Of a stretch of 64,000 nucleotides of DNA, positions 1 to 8,653 are shown piece by piece (position 1 is the first letter of the stretch; the number at the start of each line of letters is the position of its first letter). The stretch spans positions 25,423-89,422 of the IMG/VR virus record IMGVR_UViG_3300045988_084189; one strand, 5' to 3'. Under the pieces are notes generated by a model. That model was not told the origin of the DNA, made no database searches, and saw only the letters and a list, made by a program, of their open reading frames with translations. Source of the stretch: a virus. Made by a program: the position numbers and the translations under genes.

Positions 1-333
1 CTCATTGATTTTATTCAAAATATCATCACTTACCACTCTTACTATTTGACTATTTGATTTGATTGCATTGGCAAAAATGTGCTTGTTGCAATCGCTAATT
101 GGCTCAATCCTCTTCTTTTCTTTCTTAGTGAAATCATATGCGCCAATACGAGCAAACACGTCTCTCACGCTACTATAAAAATTTCTTTGCTCTACATTGG
201 AATATACATCATCACCATCTCTGATTGGTGTATGATTTACCCATGTAAAAGCATCGTCTTCAATAGAAATGATATATCCAACTGCTCCACTATATGTTTC
301 AACATAATCCCCTACATGAAATTCATAGTTCAT
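1..333 (-). CDS. hypothetical protein, N-terminal part (gene runs off the left edge)
   Basis: ATG at 333-331 is preceded by AAAGGAGG. The frame stays open for all 111 codons down to position 1. It is absent from the ORF track only because there is no stop in the window. Confidence 0.6.
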   Translation of the reverse strand, partial: MNYEFHVGDYVETYSGAVGYIISIEDDAFTWVNHTPIRDGDDVYSNVEQRNFYSSVRDVFARIGAYDFTKKEKKRIEPISDCNKHIFANAIKSNSQIVRVVSDDILNKINE

Positions 334-654
334 TTAATCAACATCCTCCTTTTCACATCTTTCACCAAGACCACCTAAAATCATAGCATAAATTTCTAAG
401 AATTTATTGGTAATACCAGTGGTAATATTAGCCATATTAGCCATTGTTCCATCATCTTTTGACCAATCCCAACCATGCCATGCACATTCACTCTGCCAGT
501 AATCAAGATAGAAAATCTTGTCATCATATAGCTTTTCGATGATTGGCTTTAGATCAAGTAGATTATTTCGCACACCTGTCATAGTAACAGGTTTGTAGCC
601 ATTATCGTCAATCATCTTGTTAATTTTGTCAGCAGAATAAGTAAATGGGTTCAT
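334..654 (-). CDS. hypothetical protein
   Basis: 106 aa ORF packed tightly between neighbouring genes on the same strand. Confidence 0.6.
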   Translation of the reverse strand: MNPFTYSADKINKMIDDNGYKPVTMTGVRNNLLDLKPIIEKLYDDKIFYLDYWQSECAWHGWDWSKDDGTMANMANITTGITNKFLEIYAMILGGLGERCEKEDVD

Positions 655-2804
655 CTAATCAGCATCTCCTTTAATTCAGTGTCCCTTTCCTTCTCCTCTT
701 GCACCTTTAATCCCTCTTGAATAGCCGCCTCATCTCCAATCAATATTAGCCGCTCTTGTGCACGTGATACCGCTGTATAGCACAGGTTGCGACTTAGCAT
801 CCTTACGTGGATTCTATCAATCACCACAATCACAGCCTTTGCTTGGCTACCTTGGCAACTATGAATAGAAATAGCATATGCTAGTAGCGTATTCTTGATA
901 TGCGCCTTATCTACTATACAATCGCCGCAATCATACCGCACAATCATATATGGCTCTTTTTCATCAGGCACAATTTCCATTACTGTGCCAATATCGCCAT
1001 TGGCTACAAAAGCCGTATCGTCATCAACAAGCGGCATAGCATATTCGTTCTTTTTATTGATGACCTTATCACCCACTTTAAAATAAATAGGCGTATCATT
1101 GACTGTATGCCCAACTTTGCTTAATTCATTTGGATTGAATTTGGCTTGAATCGCCGCATTGATAGCCAATGAGCCAACATCGCCCTTATTAAATGGGGAT
1201 AGAATCAACACATCATCCTTACTATATCCATCTGCTAAGAGCTGCGCATACTCTTGTTCAATTTGCTTGATTACTAATGTATCAGTTTCAATAAACTTAT
1301 AATCTGTAAAAGTATCTGTTAGATGGTCATTTACTCCATTTCGTACATCAGTAGCTATGGTAATAATGCCAGATGTGTTATATCTGAATACCTTAGTCAA
1401 GTTGCATACAGGCACTATGCCACTATCAAGCATATCCTCAACAATGTTGCCACAAGCAATAGATGCAAGCTGAGATGGGTCAGCTATGAAGATGATTTTG
1501 GTGGTATCTGTTACTTTGTAAAATAGCATTGATAGCAAATGGACGCTAACCATACCCATCTCATCAATTAGCACATAATCGCCCAAATTACCATCACAAG
1601 CCAAGAACATATGAATGGTACTGGCTTCACGCCCTGTTGCTTCTCTTAGCCTCTTTGCCGCGATTCCAGTTGGGGATAATAGAGTATAAGTATAATCATT
1701 GGCTTCTAGCATCTCAATAATTGCCTTAGTTGTAGCCGATTTCCCCGTTCCGGCGCTCCCCGTCAGCATCATCACATCCTGCTTACAAGCCATCTCAAGA
1801 ATCCGTGCCTGTTCATCAGTCAGCTCTAATCCGTCTACACTTGTAAACTTCTGCCAATCCATAGGATAATAATGTGGATTGGCTATTTTTTTCTTGATGA
1901 CATCAGCAATATGTTGTTCGGCGTTATATGTGGCTTGTAGAGCCGTATTTTGGCTAGGCGCGTCATAGTGTACTTGCGCCGATTTCGTCACAACATCGAG
2001 TAGATGATGAACGCATTGAGGGGCTTTGCACTTGACCACATCAAACAACATCTTGGCTTGCATCCTTGTGTTGCCGTCCAGCTCATTATGCTTTAGAGCA
2101 TAAATAGTAGCCGCTTCGCATCGTTCATAGCTATTCAACCATTTTGCCGTTTTCTTAATTATCGCCCTATCTGCTCTATCAAAAGACCATTCAAGCAAGT
2201 TAATCATAACAGCATATGGATTGGCGTTTATATCCTTGCTAAACCCATATACATTTTTATATGTCGCGGCGATTTTATTTATGTCCTCATCATGCTCAAT
2301 GCCCCAAGCATATGTTTCGCCCATAAATTCAACGCGCTTATTGATCGTCTTGATTTTGTCAATATATCTTGGCAATAGCACCTTGCCTACGCCATAAATT
2401 TTTTTGTAGTCTAGTTTATCAGCTTCACCATTCAGCACCATACTAACAAAATGAGGATATGCGGTATGACATGATTCAGCTTGACCATTGGTCATTAAGC
2501 TTCGTAGCGTTTGTAATTCGGCTTTTTCTGTTAGATTGAATTTGCCATCTTTAGCTACAAATCCAGCAAAGCCAATGAATTTATAGCTGTATTTGTATTT
2601 ATCATCCACACATGGCTCTATGATACAATCAATTGATTGCCTCATCTTTAGGTCTGCAATGCCAGTTCCTTTTAGGCTAATTGTACCATATTTAGGATGA
2701 GTCTCTATTGTTTCATCCTTAGTGTTACATGATATAATCGAGAAATTGGTTTCAGGGTTATTGAATATCATGCGCATTGGGGTTAATTTTACTGTCTGCA
2801 TCAA
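651..2804 (-). CDS. RecD-like SF1 DNA helicase
   Basis: Walker A LTGSAGTGKSAT, Walker B VLIDEMGMV, and C-terminal ISIHSCQGSQAKAVIVVI / AVSRAQERLILIG motifs typical of the RecD/TraA family. Confidence 0.9.
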   Translation of the reverse strand: MMQTVKLTPMRMIFNNPETNFSIISCNTKDETIETHPKYGTISLKGTGIADLKMRQSIDCIIEPCVDDKYKYSYKFIGFAGFVAKDGKFNLTEKAELQTLRSLMTNGQAESCHTAYPHFVSMVLNGEADKLDYKKIYGVGKVLLPRYIDKIKTINKRVEFMGETYAWGIEHDEDINKIAATYKNVYGFSKDINANPYAVMINLLEWSFDRADRAIIKKTAKWLNSYERCEAATIYALKHNELDGNTRMQAKMLFDVVKCKAPQCVHHLLDVVTKSAQVHYDAPSQNTALQATYNAEQHIADVIKKKIANPHYYPMDWQKFTSVDGLELTDEQARILEMACKQDVMMLTGSAGTGKSATTKAIIEMLEANDYTYTLLSPTGIAAKRLREATGREASTIHMFLACDGNLGDYVLIDEMGMVSVHLLSMLFYKVTDTTKIIFIADPSQLASIACGNIVEDMLDSGIVPVCNLTKVFRYNTSGIITIATDVRNGVNDHLTDTFTDYKFIETDTLVIKQIEQEYAQLLADGYSKDDVLILSPFNKGDVGSLAINAAIQAKFNPNELSKVGHTVNDTPIYFKVGDKVINKKNEYAMPLVDDDTAFVANGDIGTVMEIVPDEKEPYMIVRYDCGDCIVDKAHIKNTLLAYAISIHSCQGSQAKAVIVVIDRIHVRMLSRNLCYTAVSRAQERLILIGDEAAIQEGLKVQEEKERDTELKEMLIR

Positions 2805-3061
2805 TCCTGTTCCTCAACCAATAGTTGTTCCCATCTATCAATAATAATCTCTATCAGCTTAGTTGCACCAAATGCTGGTTCCCAGCCCTCATTGTACATT
2901 GCTTCAAATCCGGTGCAATCAACAAATGTAATCCAACGATATTTTGTAGCTGTCACTTTAAATTCACTATTACCTGTTACGCTTACATTTGCTTTCAGCA
3001 AGTTATTGCAAATATGGCATACAGCATCAAGCCATGCTTCATAGGTTAATACGTCTTGCAT
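2801..3061 (-). CDS. hypothetical protein
   Basis: 86 aa ORF with an AGGAGG RBS, directly downstream of the promoter at 3092-3120. Confidence 0.6.
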   Translation of the reverse strand: MQDVLTYEAWLDAVCHICNNLLKANVSVTGNSEFKVTATKYRWITFVDCTGFEAMYNEGWEPAFGATKLIEIIIDRWEQLLVEEQD

Positions 3062-3091
3062 TAAAACAACCTCCTGTTCTTTGATAAATCA

Positions 3092-3120
3092 AGTATATCA
3101 TAGAATCAGGAGGTTGTCAA
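3092..3120 (-). promoter_or_regulatory. sigma-70/sigma-A type promoter (TTGACA-N17-TATACT)
   Basis: Reverse complement reads TTGACA (3120-3115), a 17 bp spacer, then TATACT (3097-3092). Confidence 0.7.
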
Positions 3121-3133
3121 TACCCTATTTTAA

Positions 3134-3388
3134 TTATTTTTCAATCATTTTCTTTAATTCTGCAAATAGCTCTCTGCCACAAATAGGACAAGTAGAATCC
3201 AGATCAACTACATATTTTTCATCTACAATTAAGCCGCAATTTGGACATTTAATAGGCGCATATTTTAGAGGATGCTCAATCCGTTTGCGACGATTTCTTT
3301 CTGCTCTGCTCAATTTCTTCTTTCTCCTTATACTTTGCTCTATATTCATCTCGTTTAGCTTCATCACCATCATTCCACCATTTGACAT
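3134..3388 (-). CDS. small zinc-ribbon protein (start uncertain)
   Basis: CPNCG...CPICG pair. Its 5' end overlaps the 3' end of the upstream gene, so an internal Met may be the true start. Confidence 0.4.
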   Translation of the reverse strand: MSNGGMMVMKLNEMNIEQSIRRKKKLSRAERNRRKRIEHPLKYAPIKCPNCGLIVDEKYVVDLDSTCPICGRELFAELKKMIEK

Positions 3389-4373
3389 TGATGTAGTCTA
3401 GCACTTTAGCCATACCAAGTCCCCTATCAGGAATCCACATACCAGAATCATCATATTTACCGCCACGCATACAGTAGTTGTAGAGTTGAGGATTGATAGT
3501 AGCTAATGTTTGGAATTTATTAGGCTCTTTTTCAAGGTGACAACCGAACCCACAAAAGATACAACCTGTGCGCTTTTGCTTGGTTGTAGTATATACGCCA
3601 TCCTTTTCTACAATATCACCATAGATTTCTTTGACATATGGGATATTATATTTGACAATATAATGCAATACATCTGATTTAGTCCAAAACGACAATGGAT
3701 TACTGGTTGGTCTATCCTTATCAAATGCGTTACAACCAAACTTGAGCCAATTCGATTCGCGCTGAGCACTCTCATCTGTCATAGTGCCGATAAATGGATG
3801 TAAGCCAGTTTCATGCTCAAATCGCTTTGATGGGTTCTTTTTCATTATATCACAGCATTTGTCACTTACTGGAATATAACAAGATGGCTCGATAAACTTG
3901 AGCCATTTTTTAGAGATTTTACCACGGTTATATTTGTTCCCATTAAGCCGAATTTGCTTTAGCCGTTCGCTCTTAGACGTCCTATATTCTTGAATAAATG
4001 CAGCTTGCTCTTTACTGATAATAGGGTAGCCATATTTTTCAATGACCTTAGCAAATGAGACATGATGCCACACCTTCATTTTTCTATCGTAGATCGCTGG
4101 CTTTAATACAATAACATTTGGCTTACCCATGATGAAATCACGTAATTCAGGATATTCAAGCCCTGTATCGCAATATACATCTGGAACATCTGGATATAAT
4201 GAATGGACAAGATGACTAAGGACAGTAGAATCAACACCACCTGAGTTTGAGATATACACATCTCCGTTCCAATGTTCATACCATTCTTTGATTCGTTGTT
4301 TAGACGCAATAATCTTTGCCTCTAACGGTAACGCTTGCTTTTGTCGCAAATCACCAATAGTCATTTTGCTCAA
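3276..4373 (-). CDS. PAPS-reductase-like PP-loop protein (IbrA/DUF3440-like)
   Basis: PP-loop SNSGGVDST near the N-terminus and a C-terminal Cys cluster CIFCGFGCH. Confidence 0.75.
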   Translation of the reverse strand: MSKMTIGDLRQKQALPLEAKIIASKQRIKEWYEHWNGDVYISNSGGVDSTVLSHLVHSLYPDVPDVYCDTGLEYPELRDFIMGKPNVIVLKPAIYDRKMKVWHHVSFAKVIEKYGYPIISKEQAAFIQEYRTSKSERLKQIRLNGNKYNRGKISKKWLKFIEPSCYIPVSDKCCDIMKKNPSKRFEHETGLHPFIGTMTDESAQRESNWLKFGCNAFDKDRPTSNPLSFWTKSDVLHYIVKYNIPYVKEIYGDIVEKDGVYTTTKQKRTGCIFCGFGCHLEKEPNKFQTLATINPQLYNYCMRGGKYDDSGMWIPDRGLGMAKVLDYINVKWWNDGDEAKRDEYRAKYKEKEEIEQSRKKSSQTD

Positions 4374-5974
4374 TTAAAATATTCACTCCAATCAATTTCA
4401 TTTTCTTTCTTATCAATAATCTCATATCGTTCAATAATAGCTTGTGGCTTAATTTGTCCATTATATTCATTCAATCCAAGAGATACTACTACCTCTATGG
4501 ATTTGCCTTGAGCTGATTCAAATTGGCTTGCTTCTTCATTACTAACAAAGAATTTGATAAACTCAATGCCGTCCTGAATCAGCTTGACAGTAATTGAGCG
4601 ATTACGATAAGTATAGATTTGAGGGGATGACAGGACTAGATGAAATAACGGCTTGTTTACATCTTTGCCCCATAAGATATTATTTTCTACACACACATTT
4701 GCAAGATTGCGTGTGATATTATTAGGCTCGATTTGAGCCGCTACTTCAATATCTGGCTCTACGTCCAAATCAAGCCCATCTAAAAATCGCGCAAATCGTT
4801 TTAGGTTGCTTTTCTTGACTGTGATACCAGCTGCGGCATCATGACCTTGACATTTAGCCAATCCTGATTCATTGATAATCTCAAGCAAATCAATAGGGCT
4901 GCGCATCGAGCCAGACCATGTTGTGCTGTTTAGCTCTCTAAGCAGGAATGTAGGCTTATTATATTTACCACAGAATTTATTGGCTACAAGTCCTAAATAG
5001 GATTTATTCTCAGGTTCACTAAAGCCGATAATGACCTTATGAGACGTATCAAGTCCATCTGACAACTTATCTACAACTTTCTTGACCTGATAATCCTGTT
5101 TGGACTTGACGGCTTTCATAGCCTTCACAGCGGCTTCTGGCTCAATCTTGCCAATCAGCGCATCAAAAAATATGCGCTTAGTAGACTGGTCATCACTACG
5201 AGCCAGTGCATTAGCAAGAGGCGCAATACCAAATGCCACACCCTCTGGATTAACGCCACGATTGCAACAATGCTCTAAGCAGTATTGAATGAATGGATTA
5301 GTTGGATTAGTCAAGCCGTCATATACATATTTGCGGTTCTCAGGTGAACGCAAGCTGCAAATATCAGATATTAGGCTAATAGATACTAGGTCTTTGAAAG
5401 ATTGGGTCGAGCCAATCGCACAAGCAAATTTTTCTACAACGCCTGTGCCGCTGATGTCGGTATTGATATTCGGCGCATTATCGGCTCGATATGGATTGAC
5501 TACTGTAGCATATCTATTTGACTTCTCAATGATATGATGGTCTAAGATGATAATATCAATACCCATACACATCAGTTCTTCGCATTGATATATATCGTTC
5601 GACCCGGCATCTGGCACGATTAGCAAATCTAATTCATCAGTAGCGATTTGACTTGCTATGTCTGATAGTCCATGCTCTTTACCAGCGTGACTATAAATAC
5701 GAATGTCCTCCAGTCCGTTCTCAATACATAGCATATAGGCAATAGCTGCTGAACAAGCCCCATCAAGATCGGAGTCAATCACAATACCAACAGAGCCTTT
5801 GGCGTGATTGAATAGATTTACAGCCATATCCATATTCTTATACATATCAGGCGATTGATATTCAATACTATCTGGATTTAGATATGCGTCAACATCGGTT
5901 ATACCGTAGGCGTGAAGTAAATCCCTTAAAAATGTGGCTTCATTAATGGAATCAAGTAGTGGATGAATCTTAAT
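4370..5974 (-). CDS. DHH-family phosphoesterase, RecJ-like
   Basis: DSDLDGA, VPDAGSND and ILDHH motifs. A RecJ-like N-terminus (FLRDLLHAYGITDVDAYLNP) lies upstream of the first ATG (5845). The frame is open back to ATT at 5974, immediately after a TAG. Confidence 0.85.
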   Translation of the reverse strand: MKIHPLLDSINEATFLRDLLHAYGITDVDAYLNPDSIEYQSPDMYKNMDMAVNLFNHAKGSVGIVIDSDLDGACSAAIAYMLCIENGLEDIRIYSHAGKEHGLSDIASQIATDELDLLIVPDAGSNDIYQCEELMCMGIDIIILDHHIIEKSNRYATVVNPYRADNAPNINTDISGTGVVEKFACAIGSTQSFKDLVSISLISDICSLRSPENRKYVYDGLTNPTNPFIQYCLEHCCNRGVNPEGVAFGIAPLANALARSDDQSTKRIFFDALIGKIEPEAAVKAMKAVKSKQDYQVKKVVDKLSDGLDTSHKVIIGFSEPENKSYLGLVANKFCGKYNKPTFLLRELNSTTWSGSMRSPIDLLEIINESGLAKCQGHDAAAGITVKKSNLKRFARFLDGLDLDVEPDIEVAAQIEPNNITRNLANVCVENNILWGKDVNKPLFHLVLSSPQIYTYRNRSITVKLIQDGIEFIKFFVSNEEASQFESAQGKSIEVVVSLGLNEYNGQIKPQAIIERYEIIDKKENEIDWSEYFN

Positions 5975-6233
5975 CTAAATCACCATCCTTTTTTGGCAAG
6001 TTGATATATGCCCAATAATCATCGGATGAGGCTTCCCACACAGCACCATCTGTATCCCACCATTGCAGTTCTGATACAACTCCTTCTCTATCTGTAACTG
6101 GGTCATATACTCCAACATCTTGCTCATCAATGTTAGCTACGCGCACTTCTGTATAATCGCTATAAGCGCAACAAACCAACACATCAACATGACGTTCTGG
6201 CATTTTGTCTCTCATATTATGCCATTCAATCAT
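5970..6233 (-). CDS. hypothetical protein
   Basis: 87 aa ORF, packed on the same strand as its neighbours. Confidence 0.6.
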   Translation of the reverse strand: MIEWHNMRDKMPERHVDVLVCCAYSDYTEVRVANIDEQDVGVYDPVTDREGVVSELQWWDTDGAVWEASSDDYWAYINLPKKDGDLD

Positions 6234-6661
6234 TCTTTTTCTCCTCCAATCTTAAACGGTCTGCCTTTCTTAGCTCTAAGATAACCAGAACGATATGCTA
6301 GAGCAATAGCCTGTCTAATATCACATTCATTACAATACTGTTGATAACGAACATTGATATTATTACCAACCCATTCAAGAATCTGAGATGGGAATGGGTC
6401 GTTTTTAATGGATTCAACGTTGTGCCAATGTAGGATATTGTCCATTTTTGGCTCTAACATATCATAAATTTCGCCAATATTCATATCTGTTTCATCATAT
6501 AGTACAAGACGTTTTAAGTCAATATAAAATTCATCGCCGTATTTTGATTTAATTACGGCTTTTTTGCCATCAATTTGCTCAATGCAACCAAAGTAATCAC
6601 GCGGACTCCTAGCAGGCGCTATCTTATCTCCTACTTTGAATTTACTCATAAAAAGATTCAA
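6230..6661 (-). CDS. hypothetical protein
   Basis: 143 aa ORF with a 4-nt overlap to the downstream gene. Confidence 0.6.
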   Translation of the reverse strand: MNLFMSKFKVGDKIAPARSPRDYFGCIEQIDGKKAVIKSKYGDEFYIDLKRLVLYDETDMNIGEIYDMLEPKMDNILHWHNVESIKNDPFPSQILEWVGNNINVRYQQYCNECDIRQAIALAYRSGYLRAKKGRPFKIGGEKE

Positions 6662-6896
6662 CCTCTCTTTCCACTAATTCTAATTCATCATCATAATACA
6701 GATCAGAACTATCCAATGGACTCCATATAGTACCTGTGCGTCTTAAAGAATACCCCCAGTGTCCATTCGTATCATTAAAGTGAATAGCAATGATTTCCGC
6801 CGTGTCGCCTGTCCTAATAGCATGAGCCCTGTAAGGATGTGTTTCACCAATAAGTCTCACCACATCGTATAAATGAAATTTACTAACGTAATAAAT
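6642..6896 (-). CDS. hypothetical protein (possible ATT start)
   Basis: The track ORF starts at GTG 6863 with no RBS. The frame is open upstream to ATT 6896, which lies 8 nt after AGGAGG. Confidence 0.5.
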   Translation of the reverse strand: MYYVSKFHLYDVVRLIGETHPYRAHAIRTGDTAEIIAIHFNDTNGHWGYSLRRTGTIWSPLDSSDLYYDDELELVEREVESFYE

Positions 6897-6926
6897 AAAA
6901 TCAACCTCCTTATTGTTGATATAGCA

Positions 6927-6955
6927 ATTATATCATAAAGAGGTTGATTTGTCAA
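6927..6955 (-). promoter_or_regulatory. sigma-70/sigma-A type promoter (TTGACA-N17-TATAAT)
   Basis: Reverse complement reads TTGACA (6955-6950), 17 bp, then TATAAT (6932-6927). Confidence 0.75.
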
Positions 6956-6964
6956 GTATTAAAT

Positions 6965-7285
6965 TTATCTGAATGTTGTGCCATCCCAAGGCTCATATTC
7001 ATAGCCGCAATGAGGACAATAATTGGATATACCAATAAGCTCTTTGCCACATCTAGCACACTTATACACATAACCATATTGCTCGTCAAATTTATCTGTT
7101 GGAATCCAATACAATTCAAGATTATTGCTCAACGGCTTATAAATACCACATAACTCTCTATATTCTTTACTACATTCAAACGGCTCTTTCACAGCCCAAC
7201 ACTCTGTTCTAACAGCAGTGCACTCCTTGCCGTTCACATATCGCTTATACTGACATTGATGTTCATATTTGCATGGTGTTCTCAT
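6965..7285 (-). CDS. Cys-rich / zinc-ribbon protein
   Basis: CARCG...CPHCG pair in a 106 aa ORF. Confidence 0.6.
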   Translation of the reverse strand: MRTPCKYEHQCQYKRYVNGKECTAVRTECWAVKEPFECSKEYRELCGIYKPLSNNLELYWIPTDKFDEQYGYVYKCARCGKELIGISNYCPHCGYEYEPWDGTTFR

Positions 7286-8334
7286 ACTCTTACCCTACTT
7301 CCCCATAATTTTATAGCTTGCTCATATGGTATGTCCATCATATTGCATTTATACATATCATAACCTTGATTATTATATACTATCGAACAGTTGAAGAAGG
7401 GCTTTAGCTTAGCCGCCAACTTCTTCATCTTGACAACAAAGAACTTAAATTCATCATCGCCCACTTTCTTATAGTCGCTATCCATACATAGTACCACATC
7501 ATTCACGCCCAGCTCTAGCAATAGCTGTATATGCTGTTTGCTTATATTAGAGCCAAAGACAGCTAGAGCATTATCTATACCGTATTGGGGCGACTTAAGT
7601 ACGCTTTTTTCTGATTCAAATAGCACTACTTGGCGCGACTTTTCAATAGCGGCTTTATTTTGGTCATAGCCATATAGGCAAGCAGATGATGGGAATTTAA
7701 GTACCGTCCCATCTAGTGTACATATTGGTCTATATTTGCCTTTAGCCACATCCTGCTCTCTTGTATATCGCCCCCTTACGCCTACTAGTTGACCATTAAA
7801 TATGACAGGTATGGAAATACACGCCTGACGCGCATACCATCCTATACCAAATTTATCAAGTATATCCGCTGAAATTCCATAATCTAGCCATTCTTGCGGA
7901 TATAAATGGTCAAATAGAGACAATATGGACTTGTCATATGTCAAGAGCTTATCTGGCTCTGGTTCGGCATTAGGTAGAAATCGGCGCAATTCAGCCCAAT
8001 TATCAAGTTGCTCATTTTGCTCGATTTGCCCTACTTGTAGATGCAGAACAGAGCAAATATATGATACAGCTTGATTGAAGTCAAGATGCTTGACGTGCTG
8101 AACTAGAGATATAGCATCACCTGAAAAGCCGCAACTCCAACAATGGAATGAGCCAGATTCTATATAGTACCATAATTTGGGCTTGTGTTTATCCCAATCA
8201 GTACCCCAATGACAAATTGAGCCGAATATCAGATTATTGCTATCAGCTTTCATCAATGGCGCACCCATAGCATCCATTAGCTCTATAATGCGGTCATCTG
8301 TTAGCTGGGATTTGAGAGATGTGATGTCAATCAT
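7282..8334 (-). CDS. dnaG: DNA primase (DnaG-type, CHC2 zinc finger plus TOPRIM)
   Basis: CH...FHCWSCGFSGD zinc finger, plus VVLFESEKS and CMDSD TOPRIM acidic motifs. Confidence 0.85.
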   Translation of the reverse strand: MIDITSLKSQLTDDRIIELMDAMGAPLMKADSNNLIFGSICHWGTDWDKHKPKLWYYIESGSFHCWSCGFSGDAISLVQHVKHLDFNQAVSYICSVLHLQVGQIEQNEQLDNWAELRRFLPNAEPEPDKLLTYDKSILSLFDHLYPQEWLDYGISADILDKFGIGWYARQACISIPVIFNGQLVGVRGRYTREQDVAKGKYRPICTLDGTVLKFPSSACLYGYDQNKAAIEKSRQVVLFESEKSVLKSPQYGIDNALAVFGSNISKQHIQLLLELGVNDVVLCMDSDYKKVGDDEFKFFVVKMKKLAAKLKPFFNCSIVYNNQGYDMYKCNMMDIPYEQAIKLWGSRVRV

Positions 8335-8653
8335 GATTTAAGCATATCTTTTCAAATTCAATGTATTGTGTGCCAATAAAAATCAACCCATCGTCTGGCT
8401 TATTATCTGACGTTTGAACATTGAGATAATGCGTAATTGCAGGACATAGATAAACCGGCTCTTTATATAACTTGATGCCGAGTTTTAGATATTTAGAGCC
8501 ATCTTCATTATCATGGGATTCTACTACAAAATTATCATAATCATCTTGAGTGTCGAACGATATGATTGTTTCATAGCTTTTAGTATATGAGCGAGGTGGC
8601 TCATGTGGTACATTTATATGTTCTCTTTCTTCTTTCACATTTATATGAATCAT
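8327..8653 (-). CDS. hypothetical protein
   Basis: 108 aa ORF whose ends overlap both neighbours. Confidence 0.6.
   Translation of the reverse strand: MIHINVKEEREHINVPHEPPRSYTKSYETIISFDTQDDYDNFVVESHDNEDGSKYLKLGIKLYKEPVYLCPAITHYLNVQTSDNKPDDGLIFIGTQYIEFEKICLNHD

Noticed and set aside
5988-5994. A AAA AAG slippery heptamer in the correct phase at the end of ORF 5970..6233 (dnaX-type -1 frameshift site)
   Set aside because: The -1 frame stops after three codons (GGA TGG TGA). The downstream DHH gene is in the +1 frame, not the -1 frame. A shift here would therefore create no meaningful fusion.
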